Virus record (IMG/VR): IMGVR_UViG_3300032253_000026
Coordinates: 1 to 33,751 of that record
Origin: a virus
Lineage: Duplodnaviria > Caudoviricetes
Direction: 5' to 3' (one strand)
DNA length: 33,751 bases
Shown: positions 8,206 through 17,388 of the stretch, piece by piece
Layout: each line of letters opens with the position of its first letter
How positions within the stretch are numbered: position 1 is the first letter of the stretch
Notes under the pieces: generated by a model
The model's database searches: none
Told to the model about the DNA's origin: nothing
The model's input: the letters and a program-made list of their open reading frames with translations, nothing else
Translations under genes and position numbers: made by a program

Positions 8206-8357
8206 AAGACAAGCAGATTGACGATGATATTTTGAAGTCCGAAAATATTGTTACAAAAGCAAAGCCGATTATAACTAAATGTTGTGGTGGTACAAGAGTT
8301 TGGCATAAAAACGAATTTGTATGCTCGTGTTGTGGTATGCCGTATAAGGATAACTAA
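8190..8357 (+). CDS. Small Zn-finger protein (55 aa; not in ORF track)
   Basis: AAGGA RBS; KCCGG...CSCCG. Confidence 0.6.
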   Translation: MYDSLKDKQIDDDILKSENIVTKAKPIITKCCGGTRVWHKNEFVCSCCGMPYKDN

Positions 8358-9052
8358 TGCAAGGACTAGCACTAAACGAACAAGGGGTAAAAGGTATCGG
8401 AAACGGTACTAAGACAAACTCTCGTAGACCAGTTAAGCACCATTTAGATATTTATCGTAATCGCAATGAACAAGCTATACGTATTGAACCTCAAAACGAT
8501 TGGTATAAAGACAGAAACCATTGCATTAGAGATGAGCAAGGTGGTTGGATGGACTTAACAAAAGAGGACTTTCTAAAACTTGTTTGTAAATACCAAGTAG
8601 GCGAAGTGGTTTATGTTCAAGAGAGATTTTACGTTAGAGGTGGAGCAGTTTTCTATAAAGCTTCATATGCAAGTTCAGATGATATTCACAATCATACAAA
8701 TTGGAAGCCCCCTCACGAAATGCAAGAACACCAAGCCCGTTACTTCCTAAAAATCAAGTCTATCAAGGTAGAGAGGTTACAGGATATTTCGGAAGAGGAT
8801 TGTTTCAAAGAGGGGCTTATTAATTTCGGGTATGTTATGCAGTTTGGAAGAAAAATAGGGGTATCTGAAGAATATACCGATGGATACCAACATGGGTTAT
8901 CTTATGAAGATTTATGTATGGATGAAGAAATTGAATTTGAAAAGTTTTGTTTTAAGTGGCATATTTGGAACAACCTACCATACAAAGCACCTTATGATTG
9001 GAACAGTAACCCCTATGTATTTGTTTATGAACTTGAGAGGGTAGAAAGATGA
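8357..9052 (+). CDS. ASCH-superfamily phage protein
   Basis: GTKTNSRR, VGEVVYVQE, WKPPHEM, VERLQDISEED, WNSNPYVFVYE. Confidence 0.8.
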   Translation: MQGLALNEQGVKGIGNGTKTNSRRPVKHHLDIYRNRNEQAIRIEPQNDWYKDRNHCIRDEQGGWMDLTKEDFLKLVCKYQVGEVVYVQERFYVRGGAVFYKASYASSDDIHNHTNWKPPHEMQEHQARYFLKIKSIKVERLQDISEEDCFKEGLINFGYVMQFGRKIGVSEEYTDGYQHGLSYEDLCMDEEIEFEKFCFKWHIWNNLPYKAPYDWNSNPYVFVYELERVER

Positions 9053-9270
9053 AATATGAAACGTTAATGATACTAATTATTGTGTTCTTCATGGTTTTAT
9101 CTAACATTGCAATAAATGAAAACACACAAGAAATAAAAGAGTTAAAGCAACTTGTAAAAGAGCAAGAGCTTTTTATTGAAAATCAAATGGAACTTAACAC
9201 GCTTCAATCAGAAAACAACGAGTTACAAGGCAAATTGATTAAGGGAATTTTAGGGGTGGATTATGACTAA
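9049..9270 (+). CDS. Small membrane/coiled-coil protein
   Basis: N-terminal TM segment LMILIIVFFMVL; ATGA overlap. Confidence 0.65.
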   Translation: MKYETLMILIIVFFMVLSNIAINENTQEIKELKQLVKEQELFIENQMELNTLQSENNELQGKLIKGILGVDYD

Positions 9271-9433
9271 GCTATATGTATTTATAGGACTATCGATAAG
9301 TAATTTCTCATATGCATATTTTACAACAGCAGATTATGACAGATCAACAGAAGTTACCTTTTTTCAAGGTGTAGCGATAATATCTTTACTTATTGTAGAA
9401 AAACTAAATAAAAAATACATAAGCGAAGTTTAA
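9263..9433 (+). CDS. Small membrane protein (56 aa; not in ORF track)
   Basis: MTKLYVFIGLSISNFSYAYF...FFQGVAIISLLIV. Confidence 0.55.
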   Translation: MTKLYVFIGLSISNFSYAYFTTADYDRSTEVTFFQGVAIISLLIVEKLNKKYISEV

Positions 9434-9451
9434 CAAAAGTTAATATAAAAT
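9419..9451 (+). promoter_or_regulatory. Putative sigma70 promoter
   Basis: ATAAGC (9419-9424)-N21-TAAAAT (9446-9451). Confidence 0.55.
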
Positions 9452-9473
9452 AAATAATTAAAGGGATAAAAAA

Positions 9474-9665
9474 ATGTCATTCAGTAACACGACTATCGTT
9501 AAAGACGATGAAGATTGGAAACGCTTTTCAAAACTACTTAAAGCAGTAAAAGGAAAGAATACAAGCGTTTACATCAGGGAAGTTGTAAAAAAAGAACTTA
9601 AGAAGCTAGAAAAAGAGTATGAGGCTATGCAACAGTCAAGAAGGGATCAGTTTTGCAAGATATAA
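9474..9665 (+). CDS. Putative ribbon-helix-helix DNA-binding protein
   Basis: 63 aa; TTIV strand, helix, G-x-x-x-S-x-YIRE pattern of Arc/CopG type. Confidence 0.5.
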   Translation: MSFSNTTIVKDDEDWKRFSKLLKAVKGKNTSVYIREVVKKELKKLEKEYEAMQQSRRDQFCKI

Positions 9666-9799
9666 GTATTGTAAAGCTATCCGTCCTTGTAGCTTTTTTT
9701 TGCGCTTCCGCTTTCGTGTACTACTTAGGCAAAGAAAAAGCAAAGTATAAAAAGCGTTTAAAGCGTCACGAAAGAGGCGATACAATTGAGTTCAATTAG
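9653..9799 (+). CDS. Small membrane protein (48 aa, TTG start)
   Basis: AAGGGA RBS; LSVLVAFFCASAFVYYLG followed by a basic tail. Confidence 0.5.
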   Translation: MQDISIVKLSVLVAFFCASAFVYYLGKEKAKYKKRLKRHERGDTIEFN

Positions 9800-9896
9800 T
9801 TTCCTTCAATACGGGCTTTTGTCTTTCGCAGTAGTCTTATACCTGTTCATAATCTACTTATTTATAAAAGCTTCCGAGTACAACGAATATGACTAA
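9786..9896 (+). CDS. Small membrane protein (36 aa, TTG start)
   Basis: GAGG RBS; YGLLSFAVVLYLFIIYLFI. Confidence 0.45.
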   Translation: MSSISFLQYGLLSFAVVLYLFIIYLFIKASEYNEYD

Positions 9897-10095
9897 CGAC
9901 AACATAGCGTTTAGACGCTTAACCGATGGGGAGCTTATCTCTATAAAAAACTTTCTAAAAGGGAAAAAGAAATTCACTTTTGAAGAGGTGGACGACTTCA
10001 TGCAAGATCAAAATAAAAAGTTTGGATTATTCGACAATTGTACTGCAACAGTATGTAGTACGACGTTTATAGTTCAAAGACCGGTTGGATGGTAA
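9889..10095 (+). CDS. Hypothetical protein
   Basis: 68 aa ORF in a tightly packed + strand array. Confidence 0.55.
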   Translation: MTNDNIAFRRLTDGELISIKNFLKGKKKFTFEEVDDFMQDQNKKFGLFDNCTATVCSTTFIVQRPVGW

Positions 10096-10096
10096 T

Positions 10097-10219
10097 ATGA
10101 ACAGAAGAAAAAGACGACAAAGAGCATTGATATTTGAAGCAGTGGCGGTCATATCTTTAACAAGTGTATTTCTAGCCTTAACAGCTACACTTATTTTCGG
10201 TAAAAACATAATTTATTAA
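10097..10219 (+). CDS. Small membrane protein (40 aa)
   Basis: MNRRKRRQR then AVAVISLTSVFLALTATLIFG. Confidence 0.55.
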   Translation: MNRRKRRQRALIFEAVAVISLTSVFLALTATLIFGKNIIY

Positions 10220-10231
10220 AAGAGGTCAAAA

Positions 10232-10480
10232 ATGAGTATAAAAACATATTGCGACAAACAATGTTCAAACAATGAATGCAGTCATAAATTAACCCAAAAG
10301 GTTTGGGATAAAGAAAAGAAGCTTCAATGCACTTTAAGCCCTTTAATAGCTTCAACAGACTTAAGCGAGGATTGTAAGGATTTTAAAGAGCTAGACATAA
10401 CACCTATTAATCTAAGTTCTTTCGCTTCCGCAGTGTTACATGACACAAACAACAAACAAAGCATTATAAGAGCCTTTTAA
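10232..10480 (+). CDS. Cys-rich hypothetical protein
   Basis: AAAAGAGGTCAAAATG RBS; CxxxCxxxxC...C. Confidence 0.65.
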   Translation: MSIKTYCDKQCSNNECSHKLTQKVWDKEKKLQCTLSPLIASTDLSEDCKDFKELDITPINLSSFASAVLHDTNNKQSIIRAF

Positions 10481-10734
10481 TGAATGCTTGCAAGATAAAG
10501 GCAATCGATAAGTATATGACTTTTGCCGAAGCTTGCGACGACGATTTAGACATAATGGCTTTTGCACTAAAGAATGCAGGATGCAGCCTTACAGCTTCAC
10601 AGATCAAGGGAAACTTTGAGCGATATAAGCTAGATGGCTGCATCGTGTATTTTGATAAAGTAAAATACGAAGATATAATAAATGCAAAGAGGGCGGTACA
10701 GTTAAAGACTTGTAACCGTCCTACTTTGTTTTAA
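10480..10734 (+). CDS. Hypothetical protein
   Basis: 84 aa, TAATG coupling. Confidence 0.65.
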   Translation: MNACKIKAIDKYMTFAEACDDDLDIMAFALKNAGCSLTASQIKGNFERYKLDGCIVYFDKVKYEDIINAKRAVQLKTCNRPTLF

Positions 10735-10746
10735 GAGGGGTAAACA

Positions 10747-10947
10747 TTGCCAGAAGATAATATAACCGCCACAATAGCACTTGAAAGATTGGCGAAGAGT
10801 TTGAATATATCATGCGATACGTGCGAACATTTTTACAAACACCAAGTTGGAGAGTCGGGAACATGCAGAGAGCTAGACGGTGCGCCTGAAATGGATATGA
10901 AAGATTTTTGTAGTAAATATTGTAAAGAGAAGATCAATGGCAATTAA
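10747..10947 (+). CDS. Small Cys-rich protein
   Basis: TTG start after GAGGGG; CDTCEH...C...FCS. Confidence 0.55.
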   Translation: MPEDNITATIALERLAKSLNISCDTCEHFYKHQVGESGTCRELDGAPEMDMKDFCSKYCKEKINGN

Positions 10948-11551
10948 AAAAGAGCTATGGGATAAAGCAAAGTTTTATTTTGAATTAGGCGACTCTTTAG
11001 GAGACATACGATTAAAGACCGGAATAGATAGAACTACCATAAGCAAAAAGGCAAAAAAAGAAGGTTGGATAAAACAAAAAAACCAACAGTTGAAGTCGGA
11101 TATTGTGGAGTTTGACGAAGAAAATTCAACACTTGTTGAAAAAAAATCAACACTTGTTGAAAAAGTGGCGCAACTTTCAGACTTTGAGATAACAATGCTT
11201 GATAATATAATAGAGAATGAGGAAGGAAGCAAAAGCTTAATATTTAGTACACAGTCACTAGCATTAATACGAAACAATCAACTACTTACCAAGAATAAAA
11301 AGACCGTTATGTTAAAAGTCGCGCAGTATGGCGCAGAAGGTCAAAGAAGCGGAGAGGATTACGAGCCTTATGAAGTGGACTTAAGCCCTTCTGACATAAA
11401 AGAGTGTATCGAAAGCACCGATAAAGCCTCGATAACTTTAGGAGTAAGTCAGAGACACGCTCCTAAGATTGAAGTAAACAACACGAACGCGCAACAGAAC
11501 TTAACTAAAGCCGAGATAAGCCAACAGATAGCAGAGAGCCTACCTGATTAA
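10937..11551 (+). CDS. terS: Terminase small subunit
   Basis: N-terminal HTH (SLGDIRLKTGIDRTTISKKAKKEGW); translationally coupled to terL. Confidence 0.8.
   Translation: MAIKKELWDKAKFYFELGDSLGDIRLKTGIDRTTISKKAKKEGWIKQKNQQLKSDIVEFDEENSTLVEKKSTLVEKVAQLSDFEITMLDNIIENEEGSKSLIFSTQSLALIRNNQLLTKNKKTVMLKVAQYGAEGQRSGEDYEPYEVDLSPSDIKECIESTDKASITLGVSQRHAPKIEVNNTNAQQNLTKAEISQQIAESLPD
11121..11164. repeat. 21-bp tandem duplication of a palindrome inside terS
   Basis: TTCAACA-CT-TGTTGAA (11125-11140) and TCAACA-CT-TGTTGA (11147-11160). Confidence 0.85.
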
Positions 11552-12846
11552 TGCTTCTATCAACGATTAACGCTAATAGGTGGTATAAGTTAAAGCCACT
11601 TCAGGTGCAATTAGACCTTATAAACGATGATGTTAGGTTTAAGGTAGTTCCGGCAGGGCGACGATCCGGCAAAACAGAACGGGCAAAGCGTTTTATTATA
11701 AAAACAGCATTAAAGCATAGTGGAGAGTCTTATTTTGTATCTGCACCGACGAGAGATCAAGTTAAAAAGATTTATTGGAGTGACTTAAAGAAGCTCGCAC
11801 CTGAAAGCCAAGTAACCAAGATAAGCGAAACTGAATTAATAATCTACTTTGAAAACAACACTACAATAACACTTATTGGACTAGATAAGCCAGAACGTAT
11901 CGAGGGTACTTTTTGGAGTGGTGGGATAATTGACGAGATAGCCGACATTAAGCCCGAAGCATGGGAGGCACACATAAGACCGGCATTGGATACATTTAAC
12001 CCTTCAAGACCTGACTATTTAGCATGGTGCTGGTTAATCGGTGTACCTGATGGACTTAATCATTATTACGATATGTACCAATACGCTATCACTGCAAACG
12101 ACCCCGATTGGAAGGGCTACCATTGGAAGTCAAGCGAGATATTGCCTGAAAAGACTATCATATCAGCTAAGAGACAGATGAGTGCAAAGCAGTATAAGCA
12201 AGAATACGAAGCAAGTTTTGAGACAGCAACAGGCAGGATTTACGAAGATTACTCTAAAGACAATCATACAAGCGAGACAATAAAAGAACATGAACAGCTT
12301 TTATGGATGCATGATTTTAATTATACCCCTATGAGTTCCGCTATCGGAGTAGTGCGAGACAAAAAGATATACATATTAGACGAAATCATTTTAGAGAGTG
12401 CTACAACAACACAAAGTACAATCGAATTCTTAGAGAAGTTCAAAGACCATAAAAATAAAAAAGTAATAATCTATGGCGATCCGGCAGGAAAAGCAGGAGA
12501 GAAGCACGGACATCAATCAGACTACACGCAGATAGAAGATACTTTAAGGAAAAACGGATGGAGCTTTCACAGAAGAGTAACACCGTCCGCGCCTGCAATC
12601 AAAGACAGACAGAACGCAGTAAGAGCAAAGATTAAAAACACAGAGGGCGAAATAAGCCTTTATGTAAACCCTTCAAAGTGTAGATACAGCGACAAAGGTT
12701 TAGCGACTGTTCAAACAAAAAAAGGAAGCACTTTCCAAGAAGTAGAGACGGAATATCAGCACGTTACCACCGCAATAGGTTACTTTATAGCTTATGAATA
12801 CCCGATAAGAGGCAGGACTACCGTTACAAGCACTTCTTATATTTAG
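11551..12846 (+). CDS. terL: Terminase large subunit
   Basis: Walker A AGRRSGKT, Walker B IIDE, QEYEASF, nuclease HDFN and YGDPAG. Confidence 0.95.
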   Translation: MLLSTINANRWYKLKPLQVQLDLINDDVRFKVVPAGRRSGKTERAKRFIIKTALKHSGESYFVSAPTRDQVKKIYWSDLKKLAPESQVTKISETELIIYFENNTTITLIGLDKPERIEGTFWSGGIIDEIADIKPEAWEAHIRPALDTFNPSRPDYLAWCWLIGVPDGLNHYYDMYQYAITANDPDWKGYHWKSSEILPEKTIISAKRQMSAKQYKQEYEASFETATGRIYEDYSKDNHTSETIKEHEQLLWMHDFNYTPMSSAIGVVRDKKIYILDEIILESATTTQSTIEFLEKFKDHKNKKVIIYGDPAGKAGEKHGHQSDYTQIEDTLRKNGWSFHRRVTPSAPAIKDRQNAVRAKIKNTEGEISLYVNPSKCRYSDKGLATVQTKKGSTFQEVETEYQHVTTAIGYFIAYEYPIRGRTTVTSTSYI

Positions 12847-12875
12847 ATATAATTTTCTTTAAAAAAGGCGCAAAA

Positions 12876-14168
12876 GTGGATAATCCTAATTTTGATAGTG
12901 AATATGTAAAGCAACACAAAGCAAGCCTATCATTGGTTAATGATTTTTATAGCGGTTTTGATACGTCAGTCGGTCATATTAAACAGTATAACAGAGAGAA
13001 TAAAAAAAGTTATGGAGATAGGCAAGAACTATCACGATTAACCAATTATACACGTGACGCAGTAGACACTATTAGAGACATGATCTTCCGACGTTCCTTA
13101 GACCTAAGCGACTTAGACGGAACTTTTGCCGAGCCTTTTTTAAATACTATCAACTTAAAAGACTCGTTAGATGAGTTTATGAAAGAATTATGTGTTAATG
13201 TCGCACGTGACGGACACTCGTATATATTAGTAGATAAAGCACCATATAACGAAGTAATGACTAAAGCAGACAGCGACAAACTACAGCCCTATTTGGTTAA
13301 TATAAACCGTTCTTCTGTTAGGAACTTCAAAGAGAATACCGACGGAACTTATGCAATGTTTACGTATGACGAAGCCTACACAATTGATGATGGATACGCA
13401 GAGACTACGGCTATACAGCAGAGAGTTTATCTAAATGATGGGAGTATCGAGGTATGGAGAGAAAGCGAACTTCATAACATCATAGAGACAGAATTAAACC
13501 AAGTGCCTGTTATAAAAGTCGGAACAAAGGATATAAGCGAATTTTACGACCTTGCAATAATTAACCGCAATCATTTAAACCTGAAATCTGAACAAAGAAA
13601 TTATGCACGTATCGGAGCTGCACCGATCCCTGTAACATATCAAGCACAAACAGGCGACGAAAAAGTAGTTACATTCGGAATAAGTGACGGACTAAACTTT
13701 CAACATTCACGAAGCGAGTCGGGCTTTGAATGGGTAGAGCTTGAAGGTAAAAATAACGAACTATTGAAATCACTTATCGACGACGACGAGGCAGACATGA
13801 AAGAGTTTATAGCGACTCTTATTCAAAGCGACGTACAGAGGACAGCAAAAGAAGCTAACCTTATGAACGCAGGGAATGAGTCCACGCTTAACCATTATGC
13901 CAATCAAATAGAAAAGGGAGTCAATAAAGCCCTTAAGATAATGGCAGTCTATCAAGGAATACAAAACTTTGATAAACAAGTGAAAGTTAATCGTGACTTT
14001 GTAGACACTAAATTAACACCGGAAGAGGTGCAGAAGTATTTAGAAATGTTTACACAGAGCATAATAAGCTATGAGAAGCTTATATCTATACTTATCAAGG
14101 GCGAAACTTTAGACCCTATGAGTAAAGAAGAGATAGCGACTGAAAAAGAACTATTGATAATCGAGTAG
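12876..14168 (+). CDS. Portal protein (DUF4055-like)
   Basis: 430 aa directly after terL; GHSYILVD, PYLVNI, LAxINxxH; GTG start after AAGG. Confidence 0.85.
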   Translation: MDNPNFDSEYVKQHKASLSLVNDFYSGFDTSVGHIKQYNRENKKSYGDRQELSRLTNYTRDAVDTIRDMIFRRSLDLSDLDGTFAEPFLNTINLKDSLDEFMKELCVNVARDGHSYILVDKAPYNEVMTKADSDKLQPYLVNINRSSVRNFKENTDGTYAMFTYDEAYTIDDGYAETTAIQQRVYLNDGSIEVWRESELHNIIETELNQVPVIKVGTKDISEFYDLAIINRNHLNLKSEQRNYARIGAAPIPVTYQAQTGDEKVVTFGISDGLNFQHSRSESGFEWVELEGKNNELLKSLIDDDEADMKEFIATLIQSDVQRTAKEANLMNAGNESTLNHYANQIEKGVNKALKIMAVYQGIQNFDKQVKVNRDFVDTKLTPEEVQKYLEMFTQSIISYEKLISILIKGETLDPMSKEEIATEKELLIIE

Positions 14169-14172
14169 CTGC

Positions 14173-15141
14173 ATGATCCCTTTTAACGATTTAGCACTTA
14201 CAGAAGGAACGCTTTTTGAACTATACGAGTCGAAAGGCTATTCAGATACACGCTTAAGCCTTAACCTTGCTTTGGAAGAGATAACAAAAGCAATAGAAAG
14301 CACTAAGGGCGAATGGACGAAGAAAAGGCTTATCGAAGTTAAGAAGATCATTAAGCAACAGATACAAGACTCTTATAAGCCTTTATTGCCATTTATGGAA
14401 GATGATATAAACCAAGTAGCCGGAGTTGTTTACACCGCTTACACGATAGACATTGCGACAAAAGCAATTCCTACAACTGTGCTTGACGAAATCACAAAAG
14501 CAACGAAAGACATTCAAGGTTACGGCTTTAAAGAACTCTTCAAGATAACAGCGGATAAACACGAAAGAGCATTAAGAGTTGCACTTGCTAAGGAAGTATC
14601 TAAAGGATCATCTCTTCCAAATATCGTTAAAGCAATCAAAGACAAGCACGATTACGCAACATTATCAAACCTTAAAACAGTTGTTGGAACTACCATAAAG
14701 GAAGCGAGAGAAAACGCGACATATTCAGCTTATAGAGAACTTGAAAAATACGGGTTTATAGAAGGATATATAAGCGTAGGGGTATTGGATAAGAAAACTA
14801 GCGAGATATGCAGGAATTTAGATAATGCAGTGTTTCACGTGAAAATAGATGATGTTCCAAATAGTCCGCCAAGACATTTTAATTGTAGGTCAAAGCTTAC
14901 ACCTATTACAACCGATCACAAAGAATTAGGAACTAGACCGAGCCAAGACGGATTAATCCCTAATATGAATTATGGCGAATGGTTTAATACAAAGTCGCCT
15001 GAATTTCAACGACAGGTATTAGGTAAACGAAAATTCGAGGCTTTCAAAAAAGGAACTTATAAAGTCGGTGGACTTCCTGACGTTAAATATGCAGGGCAGA
15101 GTCTAAGCATTGACGCAATTACTAAGGGCTTAAATATATGA
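14173..15141 (+). CDS. Minor head protein (SPP1 gp7/MuF-like)
   Basis: LDKKTSEICRNLD and PPRHFNCRS motifs. Confidence 0.9.
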   Translation: MIPFNDLALTEGTLFELYESKGYSDTRLSLNLALEEITKAIESTKGEWTKKRLIEVKKIIKQQIQDSYKPLLPFMEDDINQVAGVVYTAYTIDIATKAIPTTVLDEITKATKDIQGYGFKELFKITADKHERALRVALAKEVSKGSSLPNIVKAIKDKHDYATLSNLKTVVGTTIKEARENATYSAYRELEKYGFIEGYISVGVLDKKTSEICRNLDNAVFHVKIDDVPNSPPRHFNCRSKLTPITTDHKELGTRPSQDGLIPNMNYGEWFNTKSPEFQRQVLGKRKFEAFKKGTYKVGGLPDVKYAGQSLSIDAITKGLNI

Positions 15142-15147
15142 TATAAT
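15139..15147 (+). promoter_or_regulatory. Extended -10 promoter before scaffold/capsid genes
   Basis: TGATATAAT. Confidence 0.55.
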
Positions 15148-15177
15148 TTTTTCATATTTCAAGTCGGAGGCTGAATT

Positions 15178-15858
15178 ATGAGTTTTGAAAAGTTAATCGG
15201 ATTAGTCGGAGACAATACCGAAGCGTTAGAGGTTATTAAGGTACTCGAAACAGCTACAAAAAGCAACGTCGAGACAATCAACAACTTAGAGTTAAAAGTC
15301 GCTAATATCACGGAAACGAGAGACAAGTATAAGCAAGGAAACGACCTTATCAAAAAAACTTTCGGCATTGATAATATCAATGATGAAACGATAGAAGGGC
15401 TTAAGAGTTCTAAGGGCAATAAAGACAATGAAGCCGAGCTTCAAAATCTTAAAAATCAAATAGATTTAGCGCAAAAAGAGAGAACGGATGTTGAAACCTC
15501 TTATAAAGCAAAGCTATCGGATATGGCACTTAGAAACGCTTTATCTAAAACAGGTTTGGCACAACGTGCTATAAATCCTGAAATGTACGAAATCTTAGAG
15601 GGCATTGCCTTAAAGGGTGCAGTATATGAAAATGATAACATCATCTTTAAAAACGATGATAATTCTACAAAGTACCACAATAACAAGCCTATGTCTTTAA
15701 GCGACAGAGTAGAGGAGCTTTCGACAAGTTCTTCTTATGCTACTATGTTTAAAGCAGAGGGAACAGGTGGAGGCGGTGCAGGAAATGGCACTAAAACAAA
15801 AACAGGAGATACTCAAAATATGAGTGCTACTGAATTAATGAACGCAGGAAGGAAATAA
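15178..15858 (+). CDS. Capsid scaffolding protein
   Basis: Coiled-coil with F..GTGGGGAG tail, immediately before the major capsid gene. Confidence 0.8.
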   Translation: MSFEKLIGLVGDNTEALEVIKVLETATKSNVETINNLELKVANITETRDKYKQGNDLIKKTFGIDNINDETIEGLKSSKGNKDNEAELQNLKNQIDLAQKERTDVETSYKAKLSDMALRNALSKTGLAQRAINPEMYEILEGIALKGAVYENDNIIFKNDDNSTKYHNNKPMSLSDRVEELSTSSSYATMFKAEGTGGGGAGNGTKTKTGDTQNMSATELMNAGRK

Positions 15859-15862
15859 TTAA

Positions 15863-16768
15863 ATGGCTTTAACACTATTAGAAGCTTCAAAGAGAAATAC
15901 GGGCGACGTTTACTTGGCCGGTGTGATGATGAAATTCGCAGAGAGTTCTGATGTTATGATGGCTTTATCGTTTCGTAATATTGAAGGTAACTCTTTAAAA
16001 TACAATGTAGAAGAGACATTGCCGGGCATCGGTTTTCGAGGTGTAAATGGATCATATACCGAAAGTACAGGTATTCTTAACCCACAAACCGAGTCACTAG
16101 CTATCGCAGGGGGCGACCTTGATGTAGATAAATTTATTATCGATACACAGGGAGCAGATCAACGTACTGTTCAAGAGGCAATGAAAATCAAAGCCCTAGC
16201 CGGTGCATGGACGCGTACTTTTATTAAAGGCGACAGCGAAGCAGACCCGAAAGAGTTTGACGGACTACAAAAGCGTTTAAGTGGCGAACTTGTTATTGAA
16301 AATCATGCAACAGGTGCAGGGCTTAGTCTTGTTAAACTTGATGAAGCAATCGACGCAGTAGACAATCCTACTCACTTAGTTATGTCTAAGGCAATGCGCA
16401 GACGTTTAACAGTTGCTTGTAGAGATACGGCAATTGGTGGATATATCACTCATTCTAAAGATGAATTCGGACGACAAGTTACAATGTATAATGATCTTCC
16501 GATACTTATCGCTTACAGAGACAACAATAACGCTGAAATCCTTCCGTTTACAGAAGCAGGAAGTACAGCTTCAATTTATGTTGTATCGTTTAGCGAGGGC
16601 ATGGTTGAAGGTTTGGAAAATGGCGGAATGGAAGCCCGAGACATCGGAGAGCTTCAAGAGAAGCCGGCTTTAAGAACTCGTTTAGAGTGGTACGCTTCTT
16701 TCGGTGTATTTGGCGCACGTTCAGCTTCACGCTTGAAAAATATTACAGACGCAGCAGCGACTAAATAA
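15863..16768 (+). CDS. Major capsid protein (epsilon15 gp7/BPP-1-like HK97 fold)
   Basis: LTLLEASK, FRGVN, GGDLDVDK, EFDGLQKR, SIYVVSF, RTRLEWY. Confidence 0.9.
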   Translation: MALTLLEASKRNTGDVYLAGVMMKFAESSDVMMALSFRNIEGNSLKYNVEETLPGIGFRGVNGSYTESTGILNPQTESLAIAGGDLDVDKFIIDTQGADQRTVQEAMKIKALAGAWTRTFIKGDSEADPKEFDGLQKRLSGELVIENHATGAGLSLVKLDEAIDAVDNPTHLVMSKAMRRRLTVACRDTAIGGYITHSKDEFGRQVTMYNDLPILIAYRDNNNAEILPFTEAGSTASIYVVSFSEGMVEGLENGGMEARDIGELQEKPALRTRLEWYASFGVFGARSASRLKNITDAAATK

Positions 16769-16779
16769 GGAGACGATTA

Positions 16780-17166
16780 ATGTATAAAATTCTTGACGAA
16801 TTATCAAAACTATCTGAAAATGAAGTGGTTAGTACAACCGCTTCAACAACAGGTATAAATATTAACGGTTTAGCAGTTGGCGAAGCTTCTTATGTTGCTA
16901 TCATTGACGTTACAGGTGCGACAGGTACTTTTGACGCTTCAAATAACTATACGGTAGCTTTAGAGGCTTCCGACGCAGTAGGCGGTACATATGTTCAAAT
17001 CGGTAATCTTGCAACTGTTCTTTCAGACGGTCAGCACGAAATCGGGTTTACATCGAAACAGCTTAACAGCTTAGTAACAGGAGCAGACTTTTTCCGTGCA
17101 ACAGTTACAAAAGTCGGAACTACTGCAACAGCAGTTACGCATACGATCTTTATTTCTAAGGTGTAA
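16780..17166 (+). CDS. Capsid cement/decoration protein (Bbp16-like)
   Basis: 128 aa beta-rich protein directly after the MCP; ILDEL N-terminus, LEASD, FFRA. Confidence 0.65.
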   Translation: MYKILDELSKLSENEVVSTTASTTGININGLAVGEASYVAIIDVTGATGTFDASNNYTVALEASDAVGGTYVQIGNLATVLSDGQHEIGFTSKQLNSLVTGADFFRATVTKVGTTATAVTHTIFISKV

Positions 17167-17168
17167 CA

Positions 17169-17333
17169 ATGGCAATTTTTATTAATGCAGACAAAAAAGA
17201 AGTAAAAGTTACTAATTCGGTAGATATTGCCGAATGGGAAAAGGCAGGGTTTAAGAAAAAGCCCGAGCCAAAAGAAGCCGAGCCAAAAGAAGCCGAGCCA
17301 AAAGACGCCCCTAAAGACGATAAGGGCTTGTAA
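17169..17333 (+). CDS. Small protein with (EPKEA)n tail (54 aa; not in ORF track)
   Basis: MAIFINADKKEV...WEKAGFKKKPEPKEAEPKEAEPKDAPKDDKGL*. Confidence 0.7.
   Translation: MAIFINADKKEVKVTNSVDIAEWEKAGFKKKPEPKEAEPKEAEPKDAPKDDKGL
17263..17307 (+). repeat. 15-bp tandem repeat x3
   Basis: CCGAGCCAAAAGAAG x2 + CCGAGCCAAAAGACG, in frame. Confidence 0.9.
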
Positions 17334-17339
17334 GTTTAT

Positions 17340-17364
17340 AGCCTCTCATTCGTGAGGGGTTTTT
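17340..17364 (+). terminator. Intrinsic terminator after the capsid operon
   Basis: AGCCTCTCA-TTCG-TGAGGGGTT followed by T-run. Confidence 0.75.
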
Positions 17365-17388
17365 AAGCTTATAGAAGGACTTAAAACA

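Noticed and set aside
16413-16673. Alternative-frame + strand ORF inside the major capsid gene
   Set aside because: TTG start, no RBS and no motifs; fully nested in the MCP.
17263-17307. Tandem repeat as a possible CRISPR or mini-array
   Set aside because: No spacers; 15-bp in-frame coding repeat.
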